Notes under the pieces: generated by a model
Database searches by the model: none
Told to the model about the DNA's origin: nothing
What the model saw: the letters and a program-made list of their open reading frames with translations, nothing else
Shown: one piece after another, positions 50,641 through 62,920 of the stretch
Layout of the letters: each line of letters opens with the position of its first letter
Position numbering within the stretch: position 1 is the stretch's first letter
NCBI RefSeq assembly: GCF_004010195.1
Contig: NC_057718.1
Coordinates: 76,830,079 to 76,894,078, forward strand
Origin: Chiloscyllium plagiosum
Lineage: Eukaryota
Length of the DNA stretch: 64,000 nt
Direction: 5' to 3'
Made by a program: the position numbers and the translations under genes

Positions 50641-51138
50641 TTTTAAAAGTAAAAATTCACTCATGCAGGAGGGTGCCGCTGGCTAGGCCAGCATTTATTG
50701 CCCATTGCAGAGGACTGTTAAGAGTTAACCATGTTGCTGTGGATCTGGAGTCAGAGTCCAGATCAGGTAAGAATGGTAGTTTCCTTCATTATAGGCCATC
50801 AGTGAACTGCATTGACTGTGACATTCTTAGAGATGTCTGATGGGCATGAAATATACTACACGAATACTACCTTTTTAATCTTTTAACTGATTCATATTTT
50901 GAAACATTAGTTTACTTCATCATTTCTTGCAATATGTTCATTTTTCATAGGGCATAGTTTGAAACGTTAATTTTTGATAAGGCAAATCGTCATTGTTTGT
51001 CAACATTCTCTAACCTAAACATCTCTGATGAATATGTTGCATATCTTGTAGCAATCAACCTTATTATTGATTTATTCTCTTTCTCTTTGCATAATCCGAT
51101 ACTGTTTGTTCTGTTTATTTTCTACTCTGGTGTATCAG

Positions 51139-51210
51139 TCCATCACAGGGAGACAAAAGTATTTCAGGGTTACGTTCTTCAGGTAGCAAAAAGAATGACA
51201 TTCAAAAAGC
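51139..51210 (+). CDS. CEP43: Probable CEP43 exon, (C)PSQGDKSISGLRSSGSKKNDIQK(A)
   Basis: Long pyrimidine tract, atcag acceptor, gtaagt donor, 72 nt phase 2-2; an alternative acceptor at 51149 would break frame. Confidence 0.68.
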
Positions 51211-51771
51211 GTAAGTACCTCACTTGTTTGTACCTGTACATGAGTAATCCATAAAGTGGTGATACTAAAGAACTGAGTGATGAGTTGAAAGTAGAGCCAA
51301 GTACAAAAAGCATTTTTAATTACTTCTGAGTTATGGAGTCTACATCGAAAATCAGGTTAGGTCAAAACCCAGAATTAGGTGCTTGAAGCTTTGTGGTTTC
51401 CAAATGTTTTGACATTTTTCTTGAGCTGAGCATCAATTTAAATTCTTTTTATTGACATATAAAAATAGAGAGAATATGAATTTAAGTAAGTTGCCTAACC
51501 GGATTAAATTGGCACAGTTTATGAATGAATCAGAGTATTCAACACTGACATGAATTAATTGCCATAAGTTCAAGAAAAATCCATATAATTGAAAACAAAT
51601 TTCATTTAAGGCTTAAAGGCTACTTGTTTTTAATAGTTTCCAGTTCAAAATTTCTAAGCATTACCAGTCATTATCTCTTGTTAATGATTACTGTAATGTT
51701 TATGTGAAACCGACAAGTATTAATTTCTTTCCTTTGCTTCTGCTGCTGCTCTGCTTTACTTTCTCAATCAG

Positions 51772-51858
51772 CAGTAACTCTGGTAAAAACAGTGATACTG
51801 AAGAAGATGCAGTGGATCCCTTTGTAGACGCAGTTGGTAGACAGAGTACTCTAGAAAG
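51772..51858 (+). CDS. CEP43: Probable CEP43 exon, SNSGKNSDTEEDAVDPFVDAVGRQSTLE
   Basis: Strong pyrimidine tract, cagcag acceptor, ag|gtgaga donor, 87 nt phase 2-2, open in the required frame. Confidence 0.72.
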
Positions 51859-52429
51859 GTGAGATCACCAGCATGATTCAATGGTTTAGCTAATACGGTG
51901 ATAGGTGGAAATATTTTGCAAATCTTCAGGGGATTTCTGGTGGAAAAAGCAGGCCACTTATTAAGTAGAACTTGAAACCTTGGCTGTTTAAAATTTCAGT
52001 AGCAAACAGGAAAATATTTTTCAGCCTTCTTCAAATATGATTATCAGAAGAATTAAAATTTTTACATTTATATATTGAAGGCTAAATACCATAAAAATTG
52101 TTTTTCAGTAAAACCCATCTGACCCCATTGATTTGATTTTGCAATCTCATTGTGCACCTTTTCCTGTTATGTGTATAGAAAGCCTTGGTTCCTGTAGTGG
52201 TTTTGTTTTACTGTCAGCAAGAAAATGTATGCTTACAATCAATAAATATCTGAAAGTGTAAATATAACTGCAATGCATTTTATATTCTATGAAAAACTGA
52301 TTCAAACAAAACTTCGGCTGGAAAAGTACTGGAGTTTATATTTAACATTTTCGAATTTCATTCTGTTCTTGAATTAACAACATCATTATATTACATTACC
52401 TGTTCCCTACTGATGATTTTGATTTATTG

Positions 52430-54330
52430 TCCCAAGTATCTGAGTACAGTGAAAAGCTTTGTTTACAAGCAGTACAAGCAGATCATTGTGAGCAAGGACG
52501 CACTGATCAGAGGGTTAAAAAAAACTGGGCGGAGGCATATAGGTTACATTGCACAGGGCCTGCCCTAGGGAAGACCAACATTAGGAAGGTTGGCATTATT
52601 TGAAGTCAGTTCATTGATCAGTCTAATAACGACAGGGAAGAAGTTGTTCCTGAACCTGCTGGTGCATTTGTTTAAGTTTCTGTATCTTCTGCCTTATGGA
52701 AGAAGTTGTAGGAGAGCATTGTCAGGGTGGGGTGGGTCTTTGATGTTGGCAGCCTTTCTGCGGCAATAGGCCATGTAAATGGAGTCAATGGATGGCTTCC
52801 GTGATGACCTGGGCTGTGCACACAATCTTCTGTCGTTTCTTACAATCCTGGTCAGAGGAGTTGCCATACCAGGCAGTTATGCACCTGGACATTATGCTTT
52901 CGATGATGCATCTGGAAAAGTTGGGGAGGGTCCTTATGGACTTGCCAAATTTCATGAGCCAACTGAGGAAAAAGAGGCATTGTGCTGCCATGATAGTTGT
53001 ATCTATGTGGGAAGTCCATGACAGGTTGTCAGTTATCCTAGGAACTTGACTCCTAGGAACTTGACGCTCCCAACTCTCTCAAACTCAGCTTTCTTGATGT
53101 AGATGGGGGCAGGTTCTCCCCTTTTCTTTCTGATGCCAATGATCAGTTCTTTAGTTTTGCTGACATTGAGGGAGAGAGATGGTTATCATCGTACCACATC
53201 ACCAAGCCCTCTATCTCCTTTCTGTATTCTGCCTCGTTATTGTTTGATATCTATCCTACCATGGTGCTGTCATCAGCAAACTTGTAGTTGGCTTTTGTTT
53301 GGAAGTTGGCAACATAGTCATGGGTGTACAGGGAATATAGAAGGGGGCTGAGAACATATTCCTCAGGGGCTCCAGTGTTGAGTGTTATTATGGGGGATGT
53401 GCCTTTCACATCCATCAAAGTTTCACCCGCACTTCCACACGTCATTTACTGTATCTGTTGCTCCCAATGCGGTCTCTTCTACATTGGGGAGATAGGACGC
53501 CTACTCGCAGAGCGCTTCAGAGAACATCTCTGGGACACCCGCACCAATCAACCCCACCACCCCGTGGCCAAATACTTCAACTCCCTCTCCCACTCTGCCA
53601 AAGACATGCAGATTCTGGGCATCCTCCATTGCCACTCCCTTACCACCTGACACCTGGAGGAAAACTGTCTCATCTTCTGTCTTGGGACCCTCCACCCTCA
53701 GGGTATCAATGTGGAATTCACCAGTTTCCTCATTTTCCCTCCCCCACCTTACCCCAGTTCCAACTTACCAGCTCAGCACCGCCCTCATGACCTGTCCCAT
53801 CCATCTTTCTTCCCACCTATCCCTTCCACCCTCCCCTCTGACCTATCTCCTTTACCCCCACTTCCATCCACCTATCGCATTCTCTGCTTCCTCCCACCCC
53901 AGCCCTACCTCTTCCCATTTATCTCTCCACCCCAAGGCTCCCAGCCTCATTCCTGGTGAAGGGCATTTGCCCGAAAAGTTGGTTTTCCTGCTCCTCAGAT
54001 GCTGCCTGATCTGCTGTGCTTTTCCAGCACCACACTCTCTTGACTCTAATCTCCAGCATCTGTAGTATTCACTCTTGCCATGGAGCATGTGCAGTTGTCT
54101 GTCTTCATTGATTGTGGTGTGTGGGTCAAGAAACTGAAGATCCAATTGCAGAGGATGGAGTTGAGATCTAGGTCTCGGAGTTTTGAGATCAGTCTGGAGG
54201 GGATAATAATAGTGTTGACAGCGGAGCTGTAATTGATGAGCAGGAATCTGATGTAGGTATCCTCATTGTCCAGATTTTCCAGGGATGAGTGCAGGGCCAG
54301 GGAAATGGTGCCCACTGTGACTTTGTAGAA
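52430..54330 (-). mobile_element. Rex1/Babar-type LINE 3' part, interrupted by a PLE
   Basis: LINYSSAVNTII, LNTGAPEEYVLSPLLYSLYTHD, YKFADDS, IESIMSRCITAWYGN. Confidence 0.85.
53408..54078 (+). mobile_element. PLE family A fragment with degenerate HHR
   Basis: VIYCICCSQCGLFYIGEIGR; attcctggtgaagggcatttgcccgaaaag. Confidence 0.82.
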
Positions 54331-54899
54331 GAATCAAATATAAGAGAGAAATACAGAGCTCATGTTATTTGCGAGTTCTTCCATCAAGGATGTAGATTAC
54401 AATGATCTGGCCACTTCACATGAAAGCTGACCAACAGAATAAAACCTTGAAATCTAATTTGATATATTCCAAGTGATTATAATATAAAAAGGTTACAAGA
54501 CTTTCCTGCTGTACATATTTATAAGTCATGTTTTATGTTGGAGCACCCCAGCCATTTGATTAGATGACTTTTTAAGTTTCTTGATGATCAGCTGTTGATC
54601 ATTGCTTTGTATAGTTTCATTGATTTGACTCAAAAATTCTGCTTTCACTATGTCTCAAGAAACTTCTCTCAACATTCCATTCACGAAAGGAATCCTGTCA
54701 AAAGCAGCACCTGATTTTCTCTTTTTTTTTCTGCCTCTAACTTCAGTGATCAAAATCACTGATCCCATTTTTTTTTTATTCTCTTGCAAATTCTACAGCT
54801 ATCTAATTAAGTTTCTTTCTCATCATCCTAAATTTTAATTCATAAGTTGAAGGACAAGTTCATAAACATTCACCGGCTTTATATTTAAGTTTCATAGTC

Positions 54900-55480
54900 T
54901 GCAGATTGTTTTTCTGATAAACTGGAATACATATAACTTTACCTGTCAAGATATGTAACATTAAAGCCCAGACATCTCTTGACCACTTCATCTTCCCAGT
55001 TACCTTTTTAAATATCCCCTGTACATGTGACTGGCAGATTAGATTCTAACTAAATCAAATCCCTCATTGGAATTTAAATCGTTCTCTGAATTTATGACCT
55101 TTTTTTTCTTATATTGCAACCTTTTATCTTGTCAAGTCTCATCTCATTTCCTTCTCTCCTTGCTATTCAGGTTTTTAAATTCCATTTTCATGTTCATATC
55201 ATTCTCCTGTTTTATTGCACTTTTCTTTTCATTTTCATCTGTTTTCTTTTTCTTTCAATTCAAATCTTTTAATATCACGTTTTGGCTCTCTAAGTCAAAT
55301 GTTTTCATTCCTAGCTGACTTAGTTCATTTTGGCGGTGGTGCATTAAGTTCAGGGTTCCCTCCTTGCAATTCTGAATGCTGGAAGATGACTTTAAATATC
55401 TTATTTATGTATGATTCTGCTTTTATTCTTACTTTTAGTTTATCTGTCAACTCTCTCGATTAAGGTTAAACTGTTGTCAT
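54900..55480 (-). mobile_element. Possible decayed Gypsy gag (coiled-coil) remnant
   Basis: E/K-rich minus-strand stretch followed by FKKVTGKMKWSRDVWAL-like peptide; many stops. Confidence 0.3.
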
Positions 55481-56104
55481 GCCTTCTACTCCCTGAACAG
55501 TCCCAGCAACATTCAAAACTACTTTGAAAGTCCAATCTGTAATCTGCTTCACCAGCATTTTCCTGTTTTATGTTCAGTACTTCCATGTATTTGTTCCTGT
55601 AAATGAGAAACAAATCCATCTTAAATTTAGTGAACTCCAATCCTGTTTTATGATCCCAGCCAATGGCAATGCTAGACAAGTCAGATCTTAGATTAAAAGC
55701 TAACTTGATATATCATAAATTTGCTTTTTGCTGTGGTTACTCAGGTGCTTATATTCTTCTGCAAAAATCACCTGTTAATTACACAGAATAAGAGCTAACA
55801 AAGTTTTTGTATATGAGAAGGCTGTTTAGAAAGTTTTGCATAAACAGCAGAATAAGGTTGCACCGTTTCCCAGCAAAATCCAGTACAGATACTGAAATCA
55901 CGGAAAAACATTACTCTTTATCTAAACAATTTTTAAATCATTCATGGGATGTGAGCGTCACTAATGTCCTGGGAGAAATGGTGGTAAGCTGCCTTCTTGA
56001 ATCATTGCCATCCTTGGACTTGTAAGGAAAGAAATTTCAGGATTTTCACCTAGCAACAGTGCAGGAACATTAATATAGTTCCAAGTCTGAATGGTATGTT
56101 GCTT

Positions 56105-56304
56105 CTATGAATTTTCTAAACTGGCAACCTCTTTCACCTAGAAAGAACAAAGACAGCAGGTGCATGAGAACACCACCACTTCCTACAAGTACCCCTACAA
56201 ATACCCCTACTTCCTAGGGGTACTTGTAGGAAGTGGTGTTCTCATGCACCTGCTGTCTTTGTTCTTTCTAGGTGAAAGAGGTTGCCAGTTTAGAAAATTC
56301 ATAG
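56105..56304. repeat. Long inverted repeat (about 88-bp arms, about 21-bp spacer) inside an old LINE fragment
   Basis: 56105-56192 is the reverse complement of 56214-56304 apart from a 3-bp indel. Confidence 0.9.
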
Positions 56305-57639
56305 GAGCCTTGGGAGTCACTACAGTGCATTTTGTAGATGGTATACTGCTACCATTCTGCATCAGTGGTGAAGGGTGTCAATATTGAAGGTGGTGGATGA
56401 GAATCCAGTCAAGTGGGCTGCTTTGTTCTGGATGATGTCAAGCTTCTTGAGTGCTGTTAAAGCTGTAATCCAAGGGGAGAGCATTCCGTTACACTTATGA
56501 CATATGCCTGGGCATTGGGAGATAGAAAATCAGCAATCTGTTGAAGAGGTCATCAACTCTGACTTGCTCTTGTAGCCACAGTATTTATTTGAATGATCCA
56601 GTCCACTCCACTCTGATGTGAGGGATCCAGCAATGATTATGCCATTGAACCTTCAGGAGCGGTGGTTAAATTTAGTCTTGTTGGAGATGCTCATTGCTTG
56701 ACATCGTGAGGTGTGAATGTTACTTGTCACTTATCAGCCCAAGGCTAGGTATTATCCAGGTCTTGCTCAGTGTGTACATGGACTGAGATCTTTAGTATCT
56801 GAGGTGTTGCAAATGGTGCTGTACGTTATGCGATCATTAGAGAACTTCCCCACTTCTGACCCTATGAGATGGAGGAAAGATTATTGATGAAGCAGCTCAA
56901 AATGGTTAGTGCCTTTGACATCACCCTAAGGAATTCCTGAGAATACTGACTGACAACAGCCTTCCTCTATGACTCCAACTAGCAGAGAATCTTCCCACCA
57001 ATTCCCATTGACTCCAGTTTGACTTGGGCTCTTTTAACTTTTATGTTTTAAGAGTAGACTGATAGGGCAGTGATTGGCTGGGTTAGATTTGTCCTTTTTA
57101 TATACAAGACATGCCTGGGCAGTTTTCCACATGGTCAGAAATATGTTGGTGTTGTAGTTGTACCAATACAGCTTAGCTAGGAGCATATAAGATGAAAGTG
57201 AGTACTGCAGATGCTGGAGATCAGAGTCAAGATTAGAGTGGTGCTGGAAAAGCACAGCAGGTCAGGCAGCATCCGAGGAGCAGGACAGATGGGACAGGTC
57301 ATTAGGACGGTGTTGAGCTGGAAGGTTGGAACTGGGGTAAGGTGGGGCGAGGGGAAATGAGAGCACTGGTGAAACTTCCTTCAACTGTTTCTTGATATCA
57401 TGTGGAGTTGAATTGAATTAGTAGAAGAGTGGACTCTCTGATGTTGGGAATCACTGGCGGAGCCCAAGATGCGCATCCACTCAGCATCTTTGGCTAAAGA
57501 TGGATATAAATGTTTTAGCCTTGCCTTTGCACAGATGTACTGGACTCCCCCTTTGTTGAGTATGGGGATGTTTGTGGACATTCCACCTCTTGTCAAATTT
57601 CCACCATCATGACTGGACAGTTATAGAGAGTTCACCACT

Positions 57640-60450
57640 CTCTATAACCATCTGATTTTGAATGGTACAGTTGCCATACCAGGTAGTGATACATCTAGAC
57701 AGAATGCTCTTGATGGACACACCTATAGAAGTTGGCAAGGGTTTTTGCTGTCATGCCAAATTTCCTCAGCTGCCTGAGGAAGAAGAGACACTGTTGGGCC
57801 TTTGTAACCAGTGTGTCCACATGAAGAATCCAAGAAAACTTGTTGTGGATGACTACTCCCAGGAGCTTGACACTCTCCACTCGTTCTGCCTCTGTGCTGT
57901 TGATGTGTACGGGGACATGAGTAACATTCCACCGAAAGCCAATAATGAGTTCCTTGGCTTTGCTGGCATTGAGAGCTAGGTTGTTCTCAGTGCACCATTT
58001 TTCCAGGTCTTCCACCTCCCATTTGTAATCTATTTTGTTGCCATCTGAGATTCGATCAACTGTGATGGTGCCATCAGCGAACTTGTAGATGGCATTAGTC
58101 TGGTATTTGGTGATGCAGTCATGGGTATACAGTGAGTACAGTAGGGGACTGAGTATACACCCCTGCGGGGCTCCAGTGTTGAGTGTTAGTGAGGATGAAA
58201 TATTGTCCCCAATCTTCATTGATTTTGGCCTGTGGGTCAGGAAACTGAGGATCCAGTTGCAGAGAGTGGGGCTTAGTCTGAGATCACTAAATTTAGTAAT
58301 CCGTCTCAAGGGGATAATAGTGTTGAAGGCTGAACTGCAATCAATGAGTAGGATTCTTATGTAGCTGTTCTTGGTGTCAAGGTGTTCTAGAAAGGAGTGA
58401 AGGGCAAGTGACGTGCCATCTGATGTGGATCTGTTGGTCCGTGTCGTGGAAATTAAATCGACTTGACTCAATAATTAGCAAGAGCAAAGAGAGGGTCTTT
58501 ATTAAAAATCCTGCAGGATTTTGACTCATTATGCTAAGTCAGATGCCTCAATGCAAAGAGTACCGAAACATTATACAGACGCCTGCCTTAAAGCCTTCCT
58601 TATCACACTCTCGAGGGCAAAGACTGGCGAAACTCAAGTTGTTATCCTCTCATCCCCTGGTCCTAGACATAACAGTTCTTCAGCTTTCGCTGAATTCGAC
58701 TATCGCAAGGTCGAGTTGAATGTTTACAGAATTCAGACAGAGATAAGCTAACTGCAAACCTTCATCAAAGCATCGTTTACAAAGCTCAGTACTGCATTGA
58801 ATTAAAGAAAAACATTCTGTTTAAATTTCACAGTGAATGGATAATTAATTTAATGGGTCAAGAATAGTGGGGAGGCTAGAGTTGATTAATGTCATCACCT
58901 GCTTTTCAAAGTACTTCATGACCACCGAAATTAGGTGGTAGTCATTGAGACATGCTGTATGAGCCTTCTTAGGCACAGGAATGATGTTGGCCTTCTTGAA
59001 ACAGTCAGGGACAGTGGCCTGCTGCAGGGAGAGGTTGAAGAAGACCTCTGCCAGTTGTTCTGCGCATGCTCTGAGTGCAAAGCCTGGTACTCCGTCTGGT
59101 CCCATCGCTTTTCTTGGGTTCACACGAAGAAAAACTGATCTGACCTCTGATGCAGTGACTGTTGGGATAGATTCGTCAGGACTTGTCGGAATGGGTGTTT
59201 CCTCGCCGGCGGAATTCTGCTCAAAGCGAGCATAGAAGGCATTGAAACGATCTGGGAGGGGTGTGTCATCATCTGCTATCTTGCACTGTCTCTTTTTAGA
59301 ACCTGTGATGTCATTCAGTCCTTGCCATAGTCGCCAGGTGTCTGGGTCTCTAGTTTGGATCGGTATTGGTCCTTGGCTGTCTTAATGGCTCTGCGAAGGT
59401 CATACTTGGATTCCTTATATCTGAGTGGGTCTGCTGATCTGAAGGCCTCACGCCTGGTTTTTAGAAGGTTCTGTCCATCCCGATTCATCCAGGATATCCT
59501 GTTGGGGAACACCCGGATTGATGTCCTCGGTATGCAGTCCTCCACATACTTGCCACCACCGTCACAGACTTTATCAACATTCCTGTCCAAGGTACCTGTG
59601 GACTGTTTGAACATGGCCCAGACAGCCAATTCCAGACAGCACCGGAGTTAATCCTCTGCCTCCTCCGACCAGCACTGGACCTGTATCCATAGGGGGTCTT
59701 CTGCTTGAGCTTTTGCGTGTAAGCCCGGAGAAGAAACACAGCATTGTGGTCGGAGTTCCTGAAGTGAGGGTGGGATTGGAGCGGTAGGCATCTTTCACTG
59801 TGGTGTTGCATTGGTCTAAAATGTTCAGGCCCCTGGTGGGGCAGGTAATGTTCTGGTGGTACTTGGGCAACACCTTCCTTAGATTGGCTTGATTGAAATT
59901 GCCAGTTACAATAAACAGGGCTTCGGGGCATTCCGTCTCCAGGGTGTTAATGGTGGAGAACACACATCCAGAGCTTCCTCAACCTTTGCTTTTGGCGGTA
60001 TGTACACAGCAGTTAGTATAGCAGCAGTAAATTCTGTGTTAAATAGAAGGGGCAGGATTTGATGGTGAGGAATTCAAGGTTTGGGGAGCAATGGCTGCCC
60101 AGGGTTGCAATGTCCGTGCACCACAAGTTGTTAATTAAAAAGCAAATCCCTCCACCCTTTGTCTTACCCGAGGGCACTGTACGTTCCCTATGATGGATAG
60201 AAAAACCATCAGCCTGAAGTGCACAGTCAGGAATGGATGAGTTGAACCAGGTTTCTGTGAAGCAGTGTGTGGCAGTCCCACAGTTCATGATGGAAGCTGA
60301 GTCGTGATCGGAGTTCATCCATCTTGTTCTCCAGAGATTGTATGTTTGCTAGGAATAAGCTAGGAAGGAGGGTCTTGAAACCACATAGTCTCAGTCTTAC
60401 TAACAGGCTGGCACACTTACCCCACTTCCTCACAGGTTTCTTACATTTGA
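57640..60450 (-). mobile_element. Rex1/Babar-type LINE (endonuclease + RT), frameshifted
   Basis: LFLANIQSLENKMDEL, CFTETWF, KGGGICF, GNFNQANL, KAMGPDGVPG, IDCSSAFNTIIP, TGAPQGCILSPLLYSLYTHDC. Confidence 0.9.
58442..58832 (-). mobile_element. Solo-LTR-like insertion in the Rex1 RT
   Basis: TG...CA ends with imperfect inverted termini; minus-strand AATAAA at 58498-58503; no clear TSD. Confidence 0.45.
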
Positions 60451-61094
60451 GTGGTCTGGTGGAGTGGATTGTGACTGCTTCTAGTTAAGTGATCCTTCCT
60501 AGGCCCCTGTGGAGCAGATAGGTTGCAGTTACTCTTGGTGGGTAATGGTGAAATGCCTATGAAAAGTGTTTACTGCTTTTTAACACCCTCATTGACTGCA
60601 CATTTTGACTCATTAATATGCAATTTCCTATCGTACCATCTGCCATCATGGAATTAGATGCCAAGAATTCCTGACATGAAAGTCAGAGCGGGTATGTGAC
60701 ATCTCTAATTCACCACTTGCTCTTTCAAACTTCCATCTTAGACATCTACCGTCAGCATTTCAGGATGTATCATATATGTTGGCCACACACGGCCCATGTC
60801 CATAGTCCTTGGCATCGGACACTTACCAGCCTCTCTGATTTATCCTGGCATAGCTCAGATTCTTTTGCACCTTACCTCCGCATTTTAAAGTTGCAACTCT
60901 GGGCATACCAGCAATTGCAAGTCTCAGTACTTCTATCTTCCTTTGCTGTTTAGTGCAGACACAAAGTGAGGAAATTTGTTGTAGTTTTCAGCAGTCCTCC
61001 ATCCTCAGTCATGTCAAGAGAGACATCCATTAGTCAAGTGATTTCCAACAAGTTAAGTACAGCCTCTGATTCCTGATTTAATATAGTTAGCCAG

Positions 61095-61154
61095 CTTGGC
61101 GAACAGAACCACAACAACGAGCACCCGAGCTACAAATCTTCGCACAAACTTTGA
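61095..61154 (+). mobile_element. 60-bp PLE family B extreme 3' end insertion
   Basis: Same tail as 32847-32900; TSD atagttagccag at 61083-61094 and 61155-61166. Confidence 0.85.
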
Positions 61155-62559
61155 ATAGTTAGCCAGTTGGAGTGTTCAGGATCATGATCCTAACCTTGTA
61201 AACCTTGAGAAGCCTAATGTGAAGCAGTGCATCACACCTGGGCTCTTTTCTCCTGGAATGAGAGAGAGAGGGAGGGAGAGAGTGAAAGTGAAGAAAGTGG
61301 CTGGACCAGCTGTTAGCACTGGTGAATGAAAGCATAGAAATATAGAAAATAGGAGCAGGAACAGACCATTCAGACCTTCAGGGATGATCATCCAACTTCA
61401 TACCCTGTTCCACTTTTTCACTATACCCTTTGATTCTTTTAACATAAGAATCACATCTAACTCCTTGAAAGCATCCAATGTTTTGGTCTCAACTACTTCC
61501 TGTGTTAGAGAATACCACAAGCTCACCACTGTCTGTGTGAAGAAATTTCTCCTCATCTCAGTCCTGAATGACCTACCCTATATCCTTACACTATAACCTG
61601 TGGCTCTGGATTCCAGAGTCATCAGAAACATCTTCCTGCATTTACCATGTCAGTCCTATCCGTAGTTTACAGGTTTGAGATGAGATTGACCTCTCATTGT
61701 TCAAAATTCCAGTGAATACAGTCCAAACAGATCCAGTCTGTCTACCTATGCAGTGAGTTTTCCTGACTGAGTGAGTAGGCAGTACAGAGGCAATGCAAGT
61801 TTATTCATGTTGGGGTATGTGACAATGAGAGAATGAGAATGTGTTGAATGCAATGATGAGAATAGTAGAACATGAGCCTTGGTGTGAGATGGGTGCACCA
61901 GCACAAGTGGAGTGATATGAGGTAACAGAGAGAAGATGGTGGCTGTTACCATGGCAGAGTGGGGGCAATCGTTGACCACCACCTTGCACTACTTGGTTTA
62001 TGTTAAATGGCTGAGACCTCAGTGACCCAGTTGCCAAGCTTGGAACAGACTGGTGGGGTTTGGTGGTGTAGTCTATTGGTCGTGGACAAGAGGACATCTT
62101 TCCTCTACATCACACCATCGACAAGAACCCCCAAATCCCTAATAACAAAGGCTCCAATTTATCCTTCTGTATTACATCCAACTTAAATTTCAGGAACCAT
62201 GCAGGACAGCTGTGGTCTGTGTGCTTGACTGAGTACATGACTAGCTTAGAAAGGAGGGCATCAGCTTAATTCCATGATATTCCAGCAGTGCCAAGTTTTT
62301 CCAGGTACGGCAAATGTGACAATGAGTCTATTCAGATATCACTAAATGAAAGGGGTACCATATTTGTTGGGGAGGGTGGAATAGACAGATGGTTTGGGAC
62401 GATACGGGAAGAAATCTCACTAGACCTTGCAGAGGGAAACCTGCTGCGAAACTTAGAAAACTGACACATGGCCAGAATATGACAGGATTCAGCTCCCTGA
62501 CTCTGCTGAACTGATTTGGAGATGCCAGTGTTGGACTGGGTGTACAAAGTTAGAAATCA

Positions 62560-62920
62560 TCGAGGAGAAAGTGAGGTCTGCAGACGCTGGAGATCAAAGC
62601 TGAAACTTTATTGCTGGAACAGCACAGCAGGTCAGGCAGCATCTAGGGAACAGAAGATTCGACGTTTCGGGCACATGCCCTTCTTCAGGAATGAGCAGAG
62701 AGTGTTCAGCAGGAGAAGCTTCTTCAAGGAAGGCATCCTTGTAAGAGGATTCGCAGTAGGTTGAAATCTTCGAGGAGAAAGTGAGGTCTGCAGACGCTGG
62801 AGATCAAAGCTGAAACTTTATTGCTGGAACAGCAATAAGGGCATGTGCCCGAAACGTCGAATCTTCTGTTCCCTAGATGCTGCCTGACCTGCTGTGCTGT
62901 TCCAGCAATAAAGTTTCAGC
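62560..62920. mobile_element. Non-coding HHR element: 1.3 tandem copies of a 210-bp unit (minus) plus an inverted arm, inserted in a family C element
   Basis: 62561-62624 repeated at 62771-62834; minus HHR 62657-62692; TSD aaagttagaaatca at 62546-62559 and 62921-62934. Confidence 0.85.
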
